64,000 bases of DNA from an uncultured Bacilli bacterium (GTDB taxonomy: Bacteria; Bacillota_I; Bacilli_A; RF39; UBA660): contig CAKOJN010000003.1 of assembly GCA_934090685.1 (NCBI GenBank), positions 54,034-118,033 on the forward strand, read 5' to 3'. Shown piece after piece: positions 9,216-18,544 of the stretch. The notes below the pieces were generated by a model. The model did no database searches and was not told where the DNA came from. It worked only from the letters and a program-made list of their open reading frames with translations. The translations under genes and the position numbers were made by a program. The number at the start of each line of letters is the position of its first letter. The stretch's first letter is position 1.

Positions 9216-10334
9216 TTAATATGTTTTCATAGGTAATATTAATTGAATAAGTTCGTCATTATTTTGTTCTTTAACAATTATTGGACTTATTTCACCATTT
9301 AAAAGTAAATATATCTTTTCTTCTTTAAATATTTTTAATGCCTCTATCATATATTTTGCACTAAATGATATTTTTATGTTATTACAATATTTATTGATAA
9401 TGTTCATCTTTTCTTCAACTTTTCCCATTTCTTGGCTTGATGCTTTTATTACAATTGTATTACCATTTAGATCCAAATCTATTATATTTTTATCTTTTGA
9501 TTGAGTAATTAAAGAAGCTCTGTCCAAAATATTATAAAAATCTTTTAAATTTAATTCTAATTCATATTTATATTCTTTTGGAAATGAATTATCTGTATTT
9601 GGATAAGTTCCATTTAATAATGAAGTTTGGAAAATTAAATTTCCATGTTTAAATATTGCCTTATTTGCAAATGTATGTATTTCTAATTCATTATCTTTTT
9701 CTATTGTTTTTATAAATTCATTAATGTTTTTAGCGGGAATAACTATATTTATATTTTCATCATATGATTTATCTAACTCAATAGTTACTTTAGATAATCT
9801 ATAAGAATCTGTAGCAACACATTCAAATTTTCTATTGTGAATTTTAAAATCAACGCCAGTTAATAGTGGTCTACTTTCTTGAATAGAACATGCAAATGAT
9901 GTTTGACTAACTATTTCTTTGAATTTTAAACTAGATAGTTTAATTGGTTTTTTAACTTCTTCTAAATTAATATCAGGAAAGTCCTCTTGCAAAAAGCAGT
10001 TAAAATTATAGATTGATGTTTCTGTTTTAAAAGAAACTTCATTACTTTCAAAATTCTCAATCATAATAGTAGTTTCTGGGAGTTTTCTTATAATTTCTAA
10101 TAATGATTTACCATATATTATAATACATCCTGTTTCGTCTATAGAATTAATATCTTTCTTTTCAATAAAATATTGTATAGTAATATCATTATCTGTTGCT
10201 GTTAGATATAATCCTTCTTTTTTTAAATCAAATTTAATTCCATTCAAAACTGGTATAATATTTCTTGTTGATAGAGCTCTACTAACAAAGTTTATACCCT
10301 CTAGTAATATATTTTTTTCAATTAACATTTTCAT
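9216..10334 (-). CDS. dnaN: DNA polymerase III beta sliding clamp
   Basis: 372 aa with typical three-domain clamp length and the N-terminal motif ...RALSTRNIIPVLNGIKF. It lies immediately downstream of dnaA. Confidence 0.93.
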   Translation of the reverse strand: MKMLIEKNILLEGINFVSRALSTRNIIPVLNGIKFDLKKEGLYLTATDNDITIQYFIEKKDINSIDETGCIIIYGKSLLEIIRKLPETTIMIENFESNEVSFKTETSIYNFNCFLQEDFPDINLEEVKKPIKLSSLKFKEIVSQTSFACSIQESRPLLTGVDFKIHNRKFECVATDSYRLSKVTIELDKSYDENINIVIPAKNINEFIKTIEKDNELEIHTFANKAIFKHGNLIFQTSLLNGTYPNTDNSFPKEYKYELELNLKDFYNILDRASLITQSKDKNIIDLDLNGNTIVIKASSQEMGKVEEKMNIINKYCNNIKISFSAKYMIEALKIFKEEKIYLLLNGEISPIIVKEQNNDELIQLILPMKTY

Positions 10335-10466
10335 AATAATTTACCTCCTTATTTATATATTTATTATTATTATAGATTGTTAATACTGTTAATAACTTAT
10401 TTATATTAAGATAAAATCTACTAATTATGTAAATTTATCATTGTTAAGATGTTTATAACTTTTACT

Positions 10467-11864
10467 TTATTCACATATTTTTTCCCTTAAAATTTTAATT
10501 TCTTCTTGGAGTTTTAAATTTGTTTTTAATTCTTTAGAAATTTTTTCGTGTGAGTAAATAACAGTAGAATGATCTCTTCCTCCAAATTCTAATCCTATTC
10601 TTTGAAGGCTTTCATCTGTCATTATACGACTTAAATACATTGCAATCGCACGAGCATCTGCAATATTTTTCTTTTTCATTTTTCCTTTTAACATTGATGC
10701 ATCTAAATTAAAATATTTGGATACAATGTCTATTATTTTAGCAACAGAGTTCGTTCTATATACTGTTTTTGGTACAAATTCTTGTAATGCTTCTTGTGCA
10801 ATTTCAAGTGTAACGTCTTTTATATTGAATGCTGCTTTATAAGCAACAATTCTGATAACAGCTCCTTCTAAATTTCTTATGTCACTACCACAATTGTTTG
10901 CTATATAATCTATAACCAATTCATTAATATCTAAGTCAAAGTCATTGATCATTATTTTATTTTTTATAATATTTTTCTTTAACTCTAATTCAGGTGGATT
11001 AATTGATTCTGTTAATCCCCATCTAAATCTAGTTTTTAGTCTTTCTTCTAAATACTTATAATCATTAATTGATGTGTCGGAAGCAATAATAATTTGCTTT
11101 TCATTGTCATATAGCGTATTAAAGGTATTTGTAAATTCAATTTGTGATTTAGTAGCATTTTCTAAAAATTGAATATCATCAATCATCAATACATCTACAC
11201 TTCTGTATTTATCTCTAAAAGCTTCTAAATAAGTTACATTATTATCAAATTTATTTTTAGCATTAATAATTGCTCTGTAATCATTTGTAAATTGTTCTGC
11301 AGTAATATATAAAACTTTCTTATCAGAATGAGTAACAATATAATTTCCAATTGCATGCATAAGATGTGTTTTACCAAGACCACTTTTAGCATATATAAAA
11401 TATGGGTTATAAAGTTTTCCTGGATTTTGAGCAACGGCAAGTGCAGTACCATATGCCAATCTATTAGATTCACCTACTACGAAAGTATCAAAAGTATATT
11501 TTTGATTAAAATTACTTATATATTTATAATTATTAATATTATTATTTATAGATTCATCATTATCTTTATTTAAAATATCATCTCTTTTTGCTTTTTTTTG
11601 TTCTAATTTATTTATATCTCTTTCAAAAATATATTCTATTTCACACGTATCATTAGTGATATCATCAATTAATTCTTGAATTATAGAAGTATAATTTTTA
11701 GTTATATTTTGTAAAAGTAACTCATTTGATGGAACAATAATTATCATTTTACTGTTTTCATATGAATATAGTTTTAAGTCTTTAAATAAATAATTATAAG
11801 ACATTAATGAAACTTTAGTTTTAATTTTAGATAAAAATTCATTCCATATTTCATTTGAATCCAT
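10467..11864 (-). CDS. dnaA: Chromosomal replication initiator DnaA
   Basis: AAA+ Walker A GLGKTHLMHAIGN, Walker B LMIDDIQF, and domain IV ..GGRDHSTVIYSHEKI. The track start at 11885 is a TTG. The ATG at 11864 (MDSNEIW) has the best spacing from the GGAAAGGA RBS. Confidence 0.95.
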   Translation of the reverse strand: MDSNEIWNEFLSKIKTKVSLMSYNYLFKDLKLYSYENSKMIIIVPSNELLLQNITKNYTSIIQELIDDITNDTCEIEYIFERDINKLEQKKAKRDDILNKDNDESINNNINNYKYISNFNQKYTFDTFVVGESNRLAYGTALAVAQNPGKLYNPYFIYAKSGLGKTHLMHAIGNYIVTHSDKKVLYITAEQFTNDYRAIINAKNKFDNNVTYLEAFRDKYRSVDVLMIDDIQFLENATKSQIEFTNTFNTLYDNEKQIIIASDTSINDYKYLEERLKTRFRWGLTESINPPELELKKNIIKNKIMINDFDLDINELVIDYIANNCGSDIRNLEGAVIRIVAYKAAFNIKDVTLEIAQEALQEFVPKTVYRTNSVAKIIDIVSKYFNLDASMLKGKMKKKNIADARAIAMYLSRIMTDESLQRIGLEFGGRDHSTVIYSHEKISKELKTNLKLQEEIKILREKICE

Positions 11865-11885
11865 AATAATCATCCTTTCCAACAA

Positions 11886-12364
11886 ACTTTCTAATTTAAT
11901 TATAAATCAACTATTTTTAATGTCAAACAAAAAAAATTATTACCATTTATATTAACAAGTTATAAACTATTTGTAAACATTTTTTTCTTAATTTTTCTTA
12001 TATAAATTGAGTTATCAACAATATCAACATTTTTACAATATTATATTATGTATATTTGTTAATAAAATGTTTGTAAGTTAACATAATTTTGTTAGTATAG
12101 TGTTGATAAGTTAACATAATTACAGTGCTAATATTAGTTAACATAATATAAACATCACAAGAAACATAAATAAAGATCTTTATATTATATAAAAGTATTA
12201 TAAATTCATATTATTATTAAATTTTTTATAAATAAAATGAATAAAAAAAATTAAATAATTAAAAATTTCATTTGAATCAAGTAAAAGACACTTATTAACT
12301 AAATTAAAAAAATATGTGTTTTTTCAATAGAAAAATAAAAAAATATATAAATTTTTAAATATTA
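11886..12364. other. oriC region (dnaA-rpmH spacer) with DnaA-box-like sites and an AT-rich unwinding-type segment
   Basis: Gene-strand polarity switches here. TTATCAACA (12012-12020), ATATCAACA (12021-12029) and TGTTGATAA (12101-12109) are one- to two-mismatch versions of TTATCCACA. The stretch 12180-12360 is almost pure A/T. Confidence 0.7.
12075..12147 (+). repeat. Three direct copies of AGTTAACATAAT inside oriC
   Basis: AAGTTAACATAAT at 12075-12087 and 12108-12120, and TAGTTAACATAAT at 12135-12147. The middle copy abuts the TGTTGATAA DnaA box. Confidence 0.8.
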
Positions 12365-12393
12365 TTGACAATTTATATCAATTATTATATAAT
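12365..12393 (+). promoter_or_regulatory. Sigma-A promoter of rpmH-rnpA
   Basis: TTGACA (12365-12370), a 17-bp spacer, then TATAAT (12388-12393). Confidence 0.7.
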
Positions 12394-12427
12394 CTAACTC
12401 AGTTGAAACGGAAATGGAGGTATTAAA

Positions 12428-12547
12428 GTGAAAAGAACATTCCAACCTAATAATAGAAAAAAAAGTAAAACTTCTGGTTTTTTAAATAGAAGTACAAAAG
12501 TATTAAAATCAAGAAGATCTAAAGGTAGAAAAGAATTAGCAAAATAA
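12428..12547 (+). CDS. rpmH: 50S ribosomal protein L34
   Basis: Below the track size cutoff. A GTG start after a GGAGG RBS gives [39 protein letters not shown] (39 aa), with the canonical MKRTFQP.. start. It lies upstream of rnpA. Confidence 0.95.
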   Translation: MKRTFQPNNRKKSKTSGFLNRSTKVLKSRRSKGRKELAK

Positions 12548-12612
12548 AAAATAATTACTTTTTAATGAGTAATTTTTTTGTATAATAATATTGTTTAAAA
12601 GTGAGTGATTAA

Positions 12613-12936
12613 ATGAATAAAAAATATATAATAAGAAAAAATGAAGAAATTCAAAAAATTTTGCAAAATTCAAAAAAATTAGTTAATAAATACTTTGTCA
12701 TTTATTACTCTAAAAATAATTCAAATTATAATAGATATTGTATAAGTGTTGGCAAAAAAATTGGAAAAGCACATACTAGAAATTTATATAAAAGAAGAAT
12801 AAAAGATATTTTATCTAAAAATGATATTAATTTGTCAATGGATTATGTTATAATATTAAGAGTTAATATTTTAAATTTAACTTATATTCAGATTAAAAAT
12901 GAATTAGTTAAAGTCTTGAAGGGAGAAAATAAATGA
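12613..12936 (+). CDS. rnpA: Ribonuclease P protein component
   Basis: 107 aa, basic, with the RNR-type motif AHTRNLYKRRIKD. It shows rpmH-rnpA-yidC synteny. Confidence 0.9.
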   Translation: MNKKYIIRKNEEIQKILQNSKKLVNKYFVIYYSKNNSNYNRYCISVGKKIGKAHTRNLYKRRIKDILSKNDINLSMDYVIILRVNILNLTYIQIKNELVKVLKGENK

Positions 12937-13844
12937 GAAAAAAAATTATTATAATGCTTTTGATACTGTTTTCCTTAAGTGGATGTATAAAAAGATTTAA
13001 TGTTGTTATTGATGAAAATAAAAATGAACAAAAATCATATGTTTCTAATATTCTTTGCAAACCTGAAACAAAAGAATTAATAGAAATATATAAAGCTAAT
13101 GATAAAAAATTAACTATAAAATATGAAGACTTGCCAAAATGTAGTAATTTAAAGATAAATTCAGGCGGTTATGAAGGATTGTGGACATCATTATTTGTAA
13201 AACCGTTAGCGTGGGTTATAGTTAAAATAGGTTTGGTTGTTAAAAATTATGGTTTAGCTATTATGATTGTTGGATTGTTATTAAGATTATTAATGTTTCC
13301 AATATCTAAAAAGTCTACAAATATGAATGTAAATATGCAAAAAGCACAGAAAGATTTAACTAAATTAGAAAAAAAATATCAAGGTAAAGATGATAGAGAT
13401 TCAATGATGGCAAAAAGTCAAGAAATGATGCTTATTTACAAAAAATATGATATTAATCCTTTTTCTAGTTGCCTATTTGCCTTTTTACAATTACCAATAT
13501 TTTTTGCCTTTTTAGAAGCAGTTTATAGAGTACCTGCATTTTTTGAAAAAAACTTCTTAGTATTTAATTTAGGTACAACTCCATTAGAAGGAATAAAATC
13601 CGGTAACTATTGGTATATAATATTAGTAGCATTAATTATTTTAGCAACAATATTTTCATTTAAGAATATGAATATGTCCTCAAGTGAAGAACAGGCAAAA
13701 CAAATGAAAATGATGAGTACTTTTATGATTGTATTTATATCATTTGTATCATTTGGATTACCGACATCTATTGCATTATATTGGATAGTATCAAATGGAT
13801 TTACAGTGATACAAAATTTAATATTAAAGAAAGGTAAGTTATAG
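12933..13844 (+). CDS. yidC: Membrane protein insertase YidC/SpoIIIJ (lipoprotein type)
   Basis: Lipobox LFSLSGC, multi-TM 60-kDa-IMP core, and a 4-nt overlap with the rnpA stop. Confidence 0.9.
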   Translation: MRKKIIIMLLILFSLSGCIKRFNVVIDENKNEQKSYVSNILCKPETKELIEIYKANDKKLTIKYEDLPKCSNLKINSGGYEGLWTSLFVKPLAWVIVKIGLVVKNYGLAIMIVGLLLRLLMFPISKKSTNMNVNMQKAQKDLTKLEKKYQGKDDRDSMMAKSQEMMLIYKKYDINPFSSCLFAFLQLPIFFAFLEAVYRVPAFFEKNFLVFNLGTTPLEGIKSGNYWYIILVALIILATIFSFKNMNMSSSEEQAKQMKMMSTFMIVFISFVSFGLPTSIALYWIVSNGFTVIQNLILKKGKL

Positions 13845-13848
13845 TAGT

Positions 13849-14466
13849 ATGGAAAAGTATAAGTTTCAAGCAAAAAGTAAAGATGATCTTCTAGATAAGG
13901 CATTAAATGAATTAAATGTAAAAGAAGAAGATGTATTTACAAAATGTTATGAAGAAAAAGGTGGTTTATTCAGTGGTAAAAAATATACTATTGAAGTTGT
14001 TAAATTAACAGATATTGCAGAAACAGGAAGAGATATTATTTTAGAATTATTAAATGCATTAAATATTCAAGCAAATGTAGAAACTAAAATAAGAGACAGA
14101 AGAATAAAATATGAAATATTTTCAAAAAATAATTCATTATTAATTGGAAAGAAAGGACATATTTTAAATTCAATTCAAACATATGTAAGACAAGCACTAT
14201 ATACAATGTTAGATATATATATTGACTTAACAATAGATGTAGAAAAATATAGACAAAAACAAGATTATTTTTTAGAAAAAAATGCAAAAAAAATAGCAAG
14301 AGAAGTAACTTTGTCAAAAATAGACATAAAATTAGATCCTATGAATGCTTATGATAGAAAAATAGTTCATTCTGCTTTACAAAACTTCAAGTACATAAAG
14401 ACTGAAAGTGAAGGTAAAGAACCAAATAGATGCGTTGTAATTAAGTATGTTGAAAATAAAGAGTAA
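13849..14466 (+). CDS. jag: Jag/KhpB RNA-binding protein (KH + R3H domains)
   Basis: KH GxxG (GKKGHILNSIQ) and R3H (DRKIVHSAL). It has the conserved position after yidC. Confidence 0.85.
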   Translation: MEKYKFQAKSKDDLLDKALNELNVKEEDVFTKCYEEKGGLFSGKKYTIEVVKLTDIAETGRDIILELLNALNIQANVETKIRDRRIKYEIFSKNNSLLIGKKGHILNSIQTYVRQALYTMLDIYIDLTIDVEKYRQKQDYFLEKNAKKIAREVTLSKIDIKLDPMNAYDRKIVHSALQNFKYIKTESEGKEPNRCVVIKYVENKE

Positions 14467-14537
14467 AATTAAATTACTCTTTTGTTTTACAATTAATTAC
14501 TATTATGGTATAATCTTGTGGAAAGAAAGGGACTATT

Positions 14538-15890
14538 ATGAAGGATACAATTTGTGCTGTAGCAACTTTAGTTGGAGAAAGTTCTATAAACGTTATAAGA
14601 GTAAGTGGAAATGAATCAATTAATATAGTAAATAAAATATTTGATAAAGATCTAAGCAAAAAATCTAGTCATACAATAACATATGGATTTATCATTGAAA
14701 ATAATGAAAAAATAGATGAAGTTTTGGTAAGTATATTTAAAGCACCAAAAAGTTTTACCACCGAAGATATAGTTGAAATAAACGTTCATGGAGGAAATAT
14801 ATCAGTTAATAAAGTAATGGAATTATTAATATCAAATGGTGCTAGATTAGCAGAACCAGGTGAATTTTTAAAAAGAGCATTTTTAAATGGTAGAATAGAT
14901 TTAACTCAAGCAGAAGCGGTAGGAGATTTAATAAATGCTCAAACTGAAGGTTCTAGAAAAATGGCTTTAAAAGGAATAGATAAAACAATTTTTAATAAGA
15001 TTTCTGATTTAAAGCAAAAAATATTATCTTTAATAGCAAATATTGAAGTTAATATTGATTATCCTGAATATGAAGATGCTATAATTGTAACTAAAAATTT
15101 AATAGAAGAAAATATTAATATAGTAAAATCTTCTATAAGTGATTTATTAAAAAATAGTAAAAAAGGTTTATTGATTAAAAATGGACTTAAAATAGCAATA
15201 GTAGGTAAACCAAATGTGGGAAAAAGTAGTTTATTAAATTTATTATTAAATGAAGATAAAGCGATTGTTACCAACATAAAAGGAACTACAAGAGATATAG
15301 TAGAAGGCAATTTATTAATTGATGGAGTAAAAATTGACATATTAGATACAGCAGGAATACGTGAGACTAATGATGTTGTAGAATCAATTGGAGTAAAGAA
15401 AAGTATAGAAGCAATAAATGCATCTGATTTAGTATTATTTGTTATAGATAGTGAAATTGGTTTTGATAAAGAAGATGAAACAATATTAAAACAAATAAAA
15501 AATAAAAATATTTTGGTTATTTATAATAAAAAAGACAAAAATAATAATTATAAATATGGAAAATTATCAAAATATAGTTATATTAATATTTCAACATTCG
15601 ATAAAGAATGTGTTGAAGAATTACGAAAAAAAATATCTGAAATATTTGATTTAAAATCAATATGTGAATCTAATTATACTTATATTTCAAATGCAAGACA
15701 AATAGGTTTACTTAATAATTCAATGCAAATAATTTTCGAGATAGAAACCGCATTAGAGATGAATTATGAAATTGACATGATTGAAATAGATTTAAAAAGA
15801 TTATGGAATACATTATCAAGTATAACTGGTGAAGTAAATGATGATGATTTATTAAATGAAATATTTAGTAAATTTTGTTTAGGAAAGTAG
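14538..15890 (+). CDS. mnmE: tRNA modification GTPase MnmE
   Basis: G1 GKPNVGKSSLLN, DTAGIR, and the C-terminal FCLGK motif. Confidence 0.95.
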   Translation: MKDTICAVATLVGESSINVIRVSGNESINIVNKIFDKDLSKKSSHTITYGFIIENNEKIDEVLVSIFKAPKSFTTEDIVEINVHGGNISVNKVMELLISNGARLAEPGEFLKRAFLNGRIDLTQAEAVGDLINAQTEGSRKMALKGIDKTIFNKISDLKQKILSLIANIEVNIDYPEYEDAIIVTKNLIEENINIVKSSISDLLKNSKKGLLIKNGLKIAIVGKPNVGKSSLLNLLLNEDKAIVTNIKGTTRDIVEGNLLIDGVKIDILDTAGIRETNDVVESIGVKKSIEAINASDLVLFVIDSEIGFDKEDETILKQIKNKNILVIYNKKDKNNNYKYGKLSKYSYINISTFDKECVEELRKKISEIFDLKSICESNYTYISNARQIGLLNNSMQIIFEIETALEMNYEIDMIEIDLKRLWNTLSSITGEVNDDDLLNEIFSKFCLGK

Positions 15891-15899
15891 ATGATATAA

Positions 15900-17759
15900 A
15901 TGAAGTATGATGTAATAGTAGTAGGTGGAGGACATGCTGGATGTGAAGCAGCGTCTGTAAGCGCTAAAATGGGTAAAAAAACATTGTTAATTACAATTAA
16001 TATTAATAATATAGCTGATATGCCATGTAATCCATCTATAGGAGGTTCAGCAAAAGGAATAGTTGTTAGAGAAATTGACGCTTTGGGTGGTCAAATGGGA
16101 TATTGTGCAGATAGAACTCATTTACAAATTAAAATGTTGAATGTTAAAAAAGGTCCAGGTGTTAGATCATTAAGAGCACAAGGATGTAAAGTAAATTATC
16201 CAAAAGAGATGTTAAATCAACTTAAAAAATTAGAAAATTTAACAATAAAAGAAGATATAGTCAAAGAATTAATAGTTGAAAATAAAAAAGTATATGGAAT
16301 ATTAACTGAATCCGGAGAAAGAATATATAGCAAAGTTGTAATATTAACGACAGGAACATATTTAAATTCTGATATAATGTGTGGTCACGAAAAATATAAA
16401 GGTGGTCCACATGGTGAAAAAAATTCCATATATTTAAGTACATTTTTAAAAAACAATGGAATTAATATAATTAGACTTAAAACAGGGACTCCGCCACGTA
16501 TTTTAAAAAGTAGTATCAACTTTGATGAGGTTAAAATAGAAAATGGTGATAACAATTTATTAACATTCAGTAATTTTTATAATGCAACATATCTTATTGA
16601 TAAACAAGTTCCATGTTATTTAACTTATACTAATAAGGAGACACATAAAATTATAATGGATAATTTAGATAAATGTGCTTTGTATAGCGGAATGATTAAA
16701 GGAATTGGACCAAGATATTGCCCGTCTATAGAAGATAAAGTAGTAAAATTTAATGATAAAGAAAGACATCAAATATTTTTAGAACCAGAAAGAAGTGACG
16801 ATATAGAATACTATGTAGGTGGTTTTTCGACAACTATGCCACATGAAATTCAAGAAAAACTATTAAAAACTATGGATGGTCTTCATAATGTAAAAATTAC
16901 TAAATATGGTTATGCAATTGAATATGATGCTATAGATCCATTACAATTAAAAATGAATTTAGAAAATAAAATATTAGAAAACTTATTCACAGCTGGTCAA
17001 ATTAATGGTACGAGTGGTTATGAAGAAGCAGCAGCACAAGGTTTAATGGCTGGTATTAATGCTGTTTTAAAAATAGATAATAAAGAACCTTTTATTTTAA
17101 AAAGAAATGAAGCATATATTGGAGTTTTAATAGATGATTTAATAAATAAAGGAATAACTGAACCATATAGATTATTAACATCAAGAGCTGAATTTAGATT
17201 GTTACTAAGACATGATAATGCTATGATTAGATTAACAAAATATGCTGAAAAATATAATTTACTTAATGATTTTGAAAAAAATAAATATCACGAAACACTT
17301 AGTGAAATAGAAAAATTAAAAAAATATTTAAATACAACTTATGTTACCCCTAAGGAAATTGAATCATTTTTAGAACAACATAATTCATCAAAAATATATA
17401 AAAAATTATTATTAAGCGACATAATAAAAAGACCAGAAATAGATACTAAGGAGTTATTACAATTTGAAAATGAAATTTATGACGAAAATGTTATTGAAAT
17501 AGTTCAAACTGAAATAAAATATAAAGGTTATATTGATAAAACAATAAATGAAGTTGAAAAAATGTTAAAATTAGAAAATAAAAAAATACCTAATGATATT
17601 AATTATGATAAAGTACCAAATATTGCTACAGAAGCTAGACAAAAATTCACTAAAATAAGACCATTAACTATAGGACAAGCATCAAGAATTAGTGGTGTAA
17701 ATCCAGCAGATATAACAATGCTATTGGTATATTTAAAAAAGGAATATAATCATGACTAA
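15900..17759 (+). CDS. mnmG: tRNA uridine 5-carboxymethylaminomethyl modification enzyme MnmG (GidA)
   Basis: FAD motif VIVVGGGHAGCEAA, with the GPRYCPSIEDK motif at full length (619 aa). Confidence 0.95.
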   Translation: MKYDVIVVGGGHAGCEAASVSAKMGKKTLLITININNIADMPCNPSIGGSAKGIVVREIDALGGQMGYCADRTHLQIKMLNVKKGPGVRSLRAQGCKVNYPKEMLNQLKKLENLTIKEDIVKELIVENKKVYGILTESGERIYSKVVILTTGTYLNSDIMCGHEKYKGGPHGEKNSIYLSTFLKNNGINIIRLKTGTPPRILKSSINFDEVKIENGDNNLLTFSNFYNATYLIDKQVPCYLTYTNKETHKIIMDNLDKCALYSGMIKGIGPRYCPSIEDKVVKFNDKERHQIFLEPERSDDIEYYVGGFSTTMPHEIQEKLLKTMDGLHNVKITKYGYAIEYDAIDPLQLKMNLENKILENLFTAGQINGTSGYEEAAAQGLMAGINAVLKIDNKEPFILKRNEAYIGVLIDDLINKGITEPYRLLTSRAEFRLLLRHDNAMIRLTKYAEKYNLLNDFEKNKYHETLSEIEKLKKYLNTTYVTPKEIESFLEQHNSSKIYKKLLLSDIIKRPEIDTKELLQFENEIYDENVIEIVQTEIKYKGYIDKTINEVEKMLKLENKKIPNDINYDKVPNIATEARQKFTKIRPLTIGQASRISGVNPADITMLLVYLKKEYNHD

Positions 17760-18468
17760 AGAAGAATTTATTAATTATTGTAGAGAATTAGGAGTTAATA
17801 TAACCGATGAACTTTATATTATGCTTAATAAATATTACGAATTGTTAGTTGAATGGAATAAGAAGTTTAATATGACTAGTATATTGGATAAAAAACAAGT
17901 TTTCTTATTACATTTTTATGATTCAATATGTTTAAATAAAGTTATAGATTTAAATAAAGAATGTTCATTATGTGATTTTGGTACAGGTGCAGGTTTCCCT
18001 GGTATGGTGATTGCAATATTATTTAATAAAGTAAATGTAACACTAATAGAATCAAATCAAAAAAAATGTAAATTTTTAGAATATATAAAAAAAGAATTTA
18101 ATCTAAAAAATGTAAATGTAATATGTTCAAGAATTGAAGTATTTGGAGTTGAAAATAGAGAAATTTTTGATTATGTAACTTGTAGAGCAGTAACATCATT
18201 ACCAATAATAATAGAATTATCTACGAGCACATTAAAAGTGAATGGTTATTTAGCACCATTAAAAGCAGATTGCAGTGATGAAATTGAAAAATTTGAACTA
18301 TCTGAACTATTAAAAAACTTCAATTTAGAATTAATTAAAGTTAACAATTACAATTTACCTATACAAAATGCTAATAGAATGATTCCTTTGTTCAAGAAGA
18401 CAGCAATCACATCAAAAAAATATCCTAGTAATTATAGTACTATTGTAAAAAAATATAAAAAAAAGTAA
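17752..18468 (+). CDS. rsmG: 16S rRNA (guanine527-N7)-methyltransferase RsmG (GidB)
   Basis: SAM motif DFGTGAGFPG. It overlaps the mnmG stop. Confidence 0.9.
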   Translation: MTKEEFINYCRELGVNITDELYIMLNKYYELLVEWNKKFNMTSILDKKQVFLLHFYDSICLNKVIDLNKECSLCDFGTGAGFPGMVIAILFNKVNVTLIESNQKKCKFLEYIKKEFNLKNVNVICSRIEVFGVENREIFDYVTCRAVTSLPIIIELSTSTLKVNGYLAPLKADCSDEIEKFELSELLKNFNLELIKVNNYNLPIQNANRMIPLFKKTAITSKKYPSNYSTIVKKYKKK

Positions 18469-18544
18469 AATGGTATTTTTACTGTTGATTATATGTAAAA
18501 AATCAATTAAAATATATATATAATAGGGAAAAAGAGGAAAAAGG

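Noticed and set aside
11234-11573. 79-aa and 81-aa ORFs within dnaA.
   Set aside because: One is an alternative frame and the other is antisense to dnaA. There is no independent support.
12075-12147. Checked whether the repeated 12-13-mers could be a mini CRISPR array.
   Set aside because: The repeats are only 12-13 bp with 15-20 bp irregular spacers, sit inside oriC, and no cas genes are nearby. This is not CRISPR.
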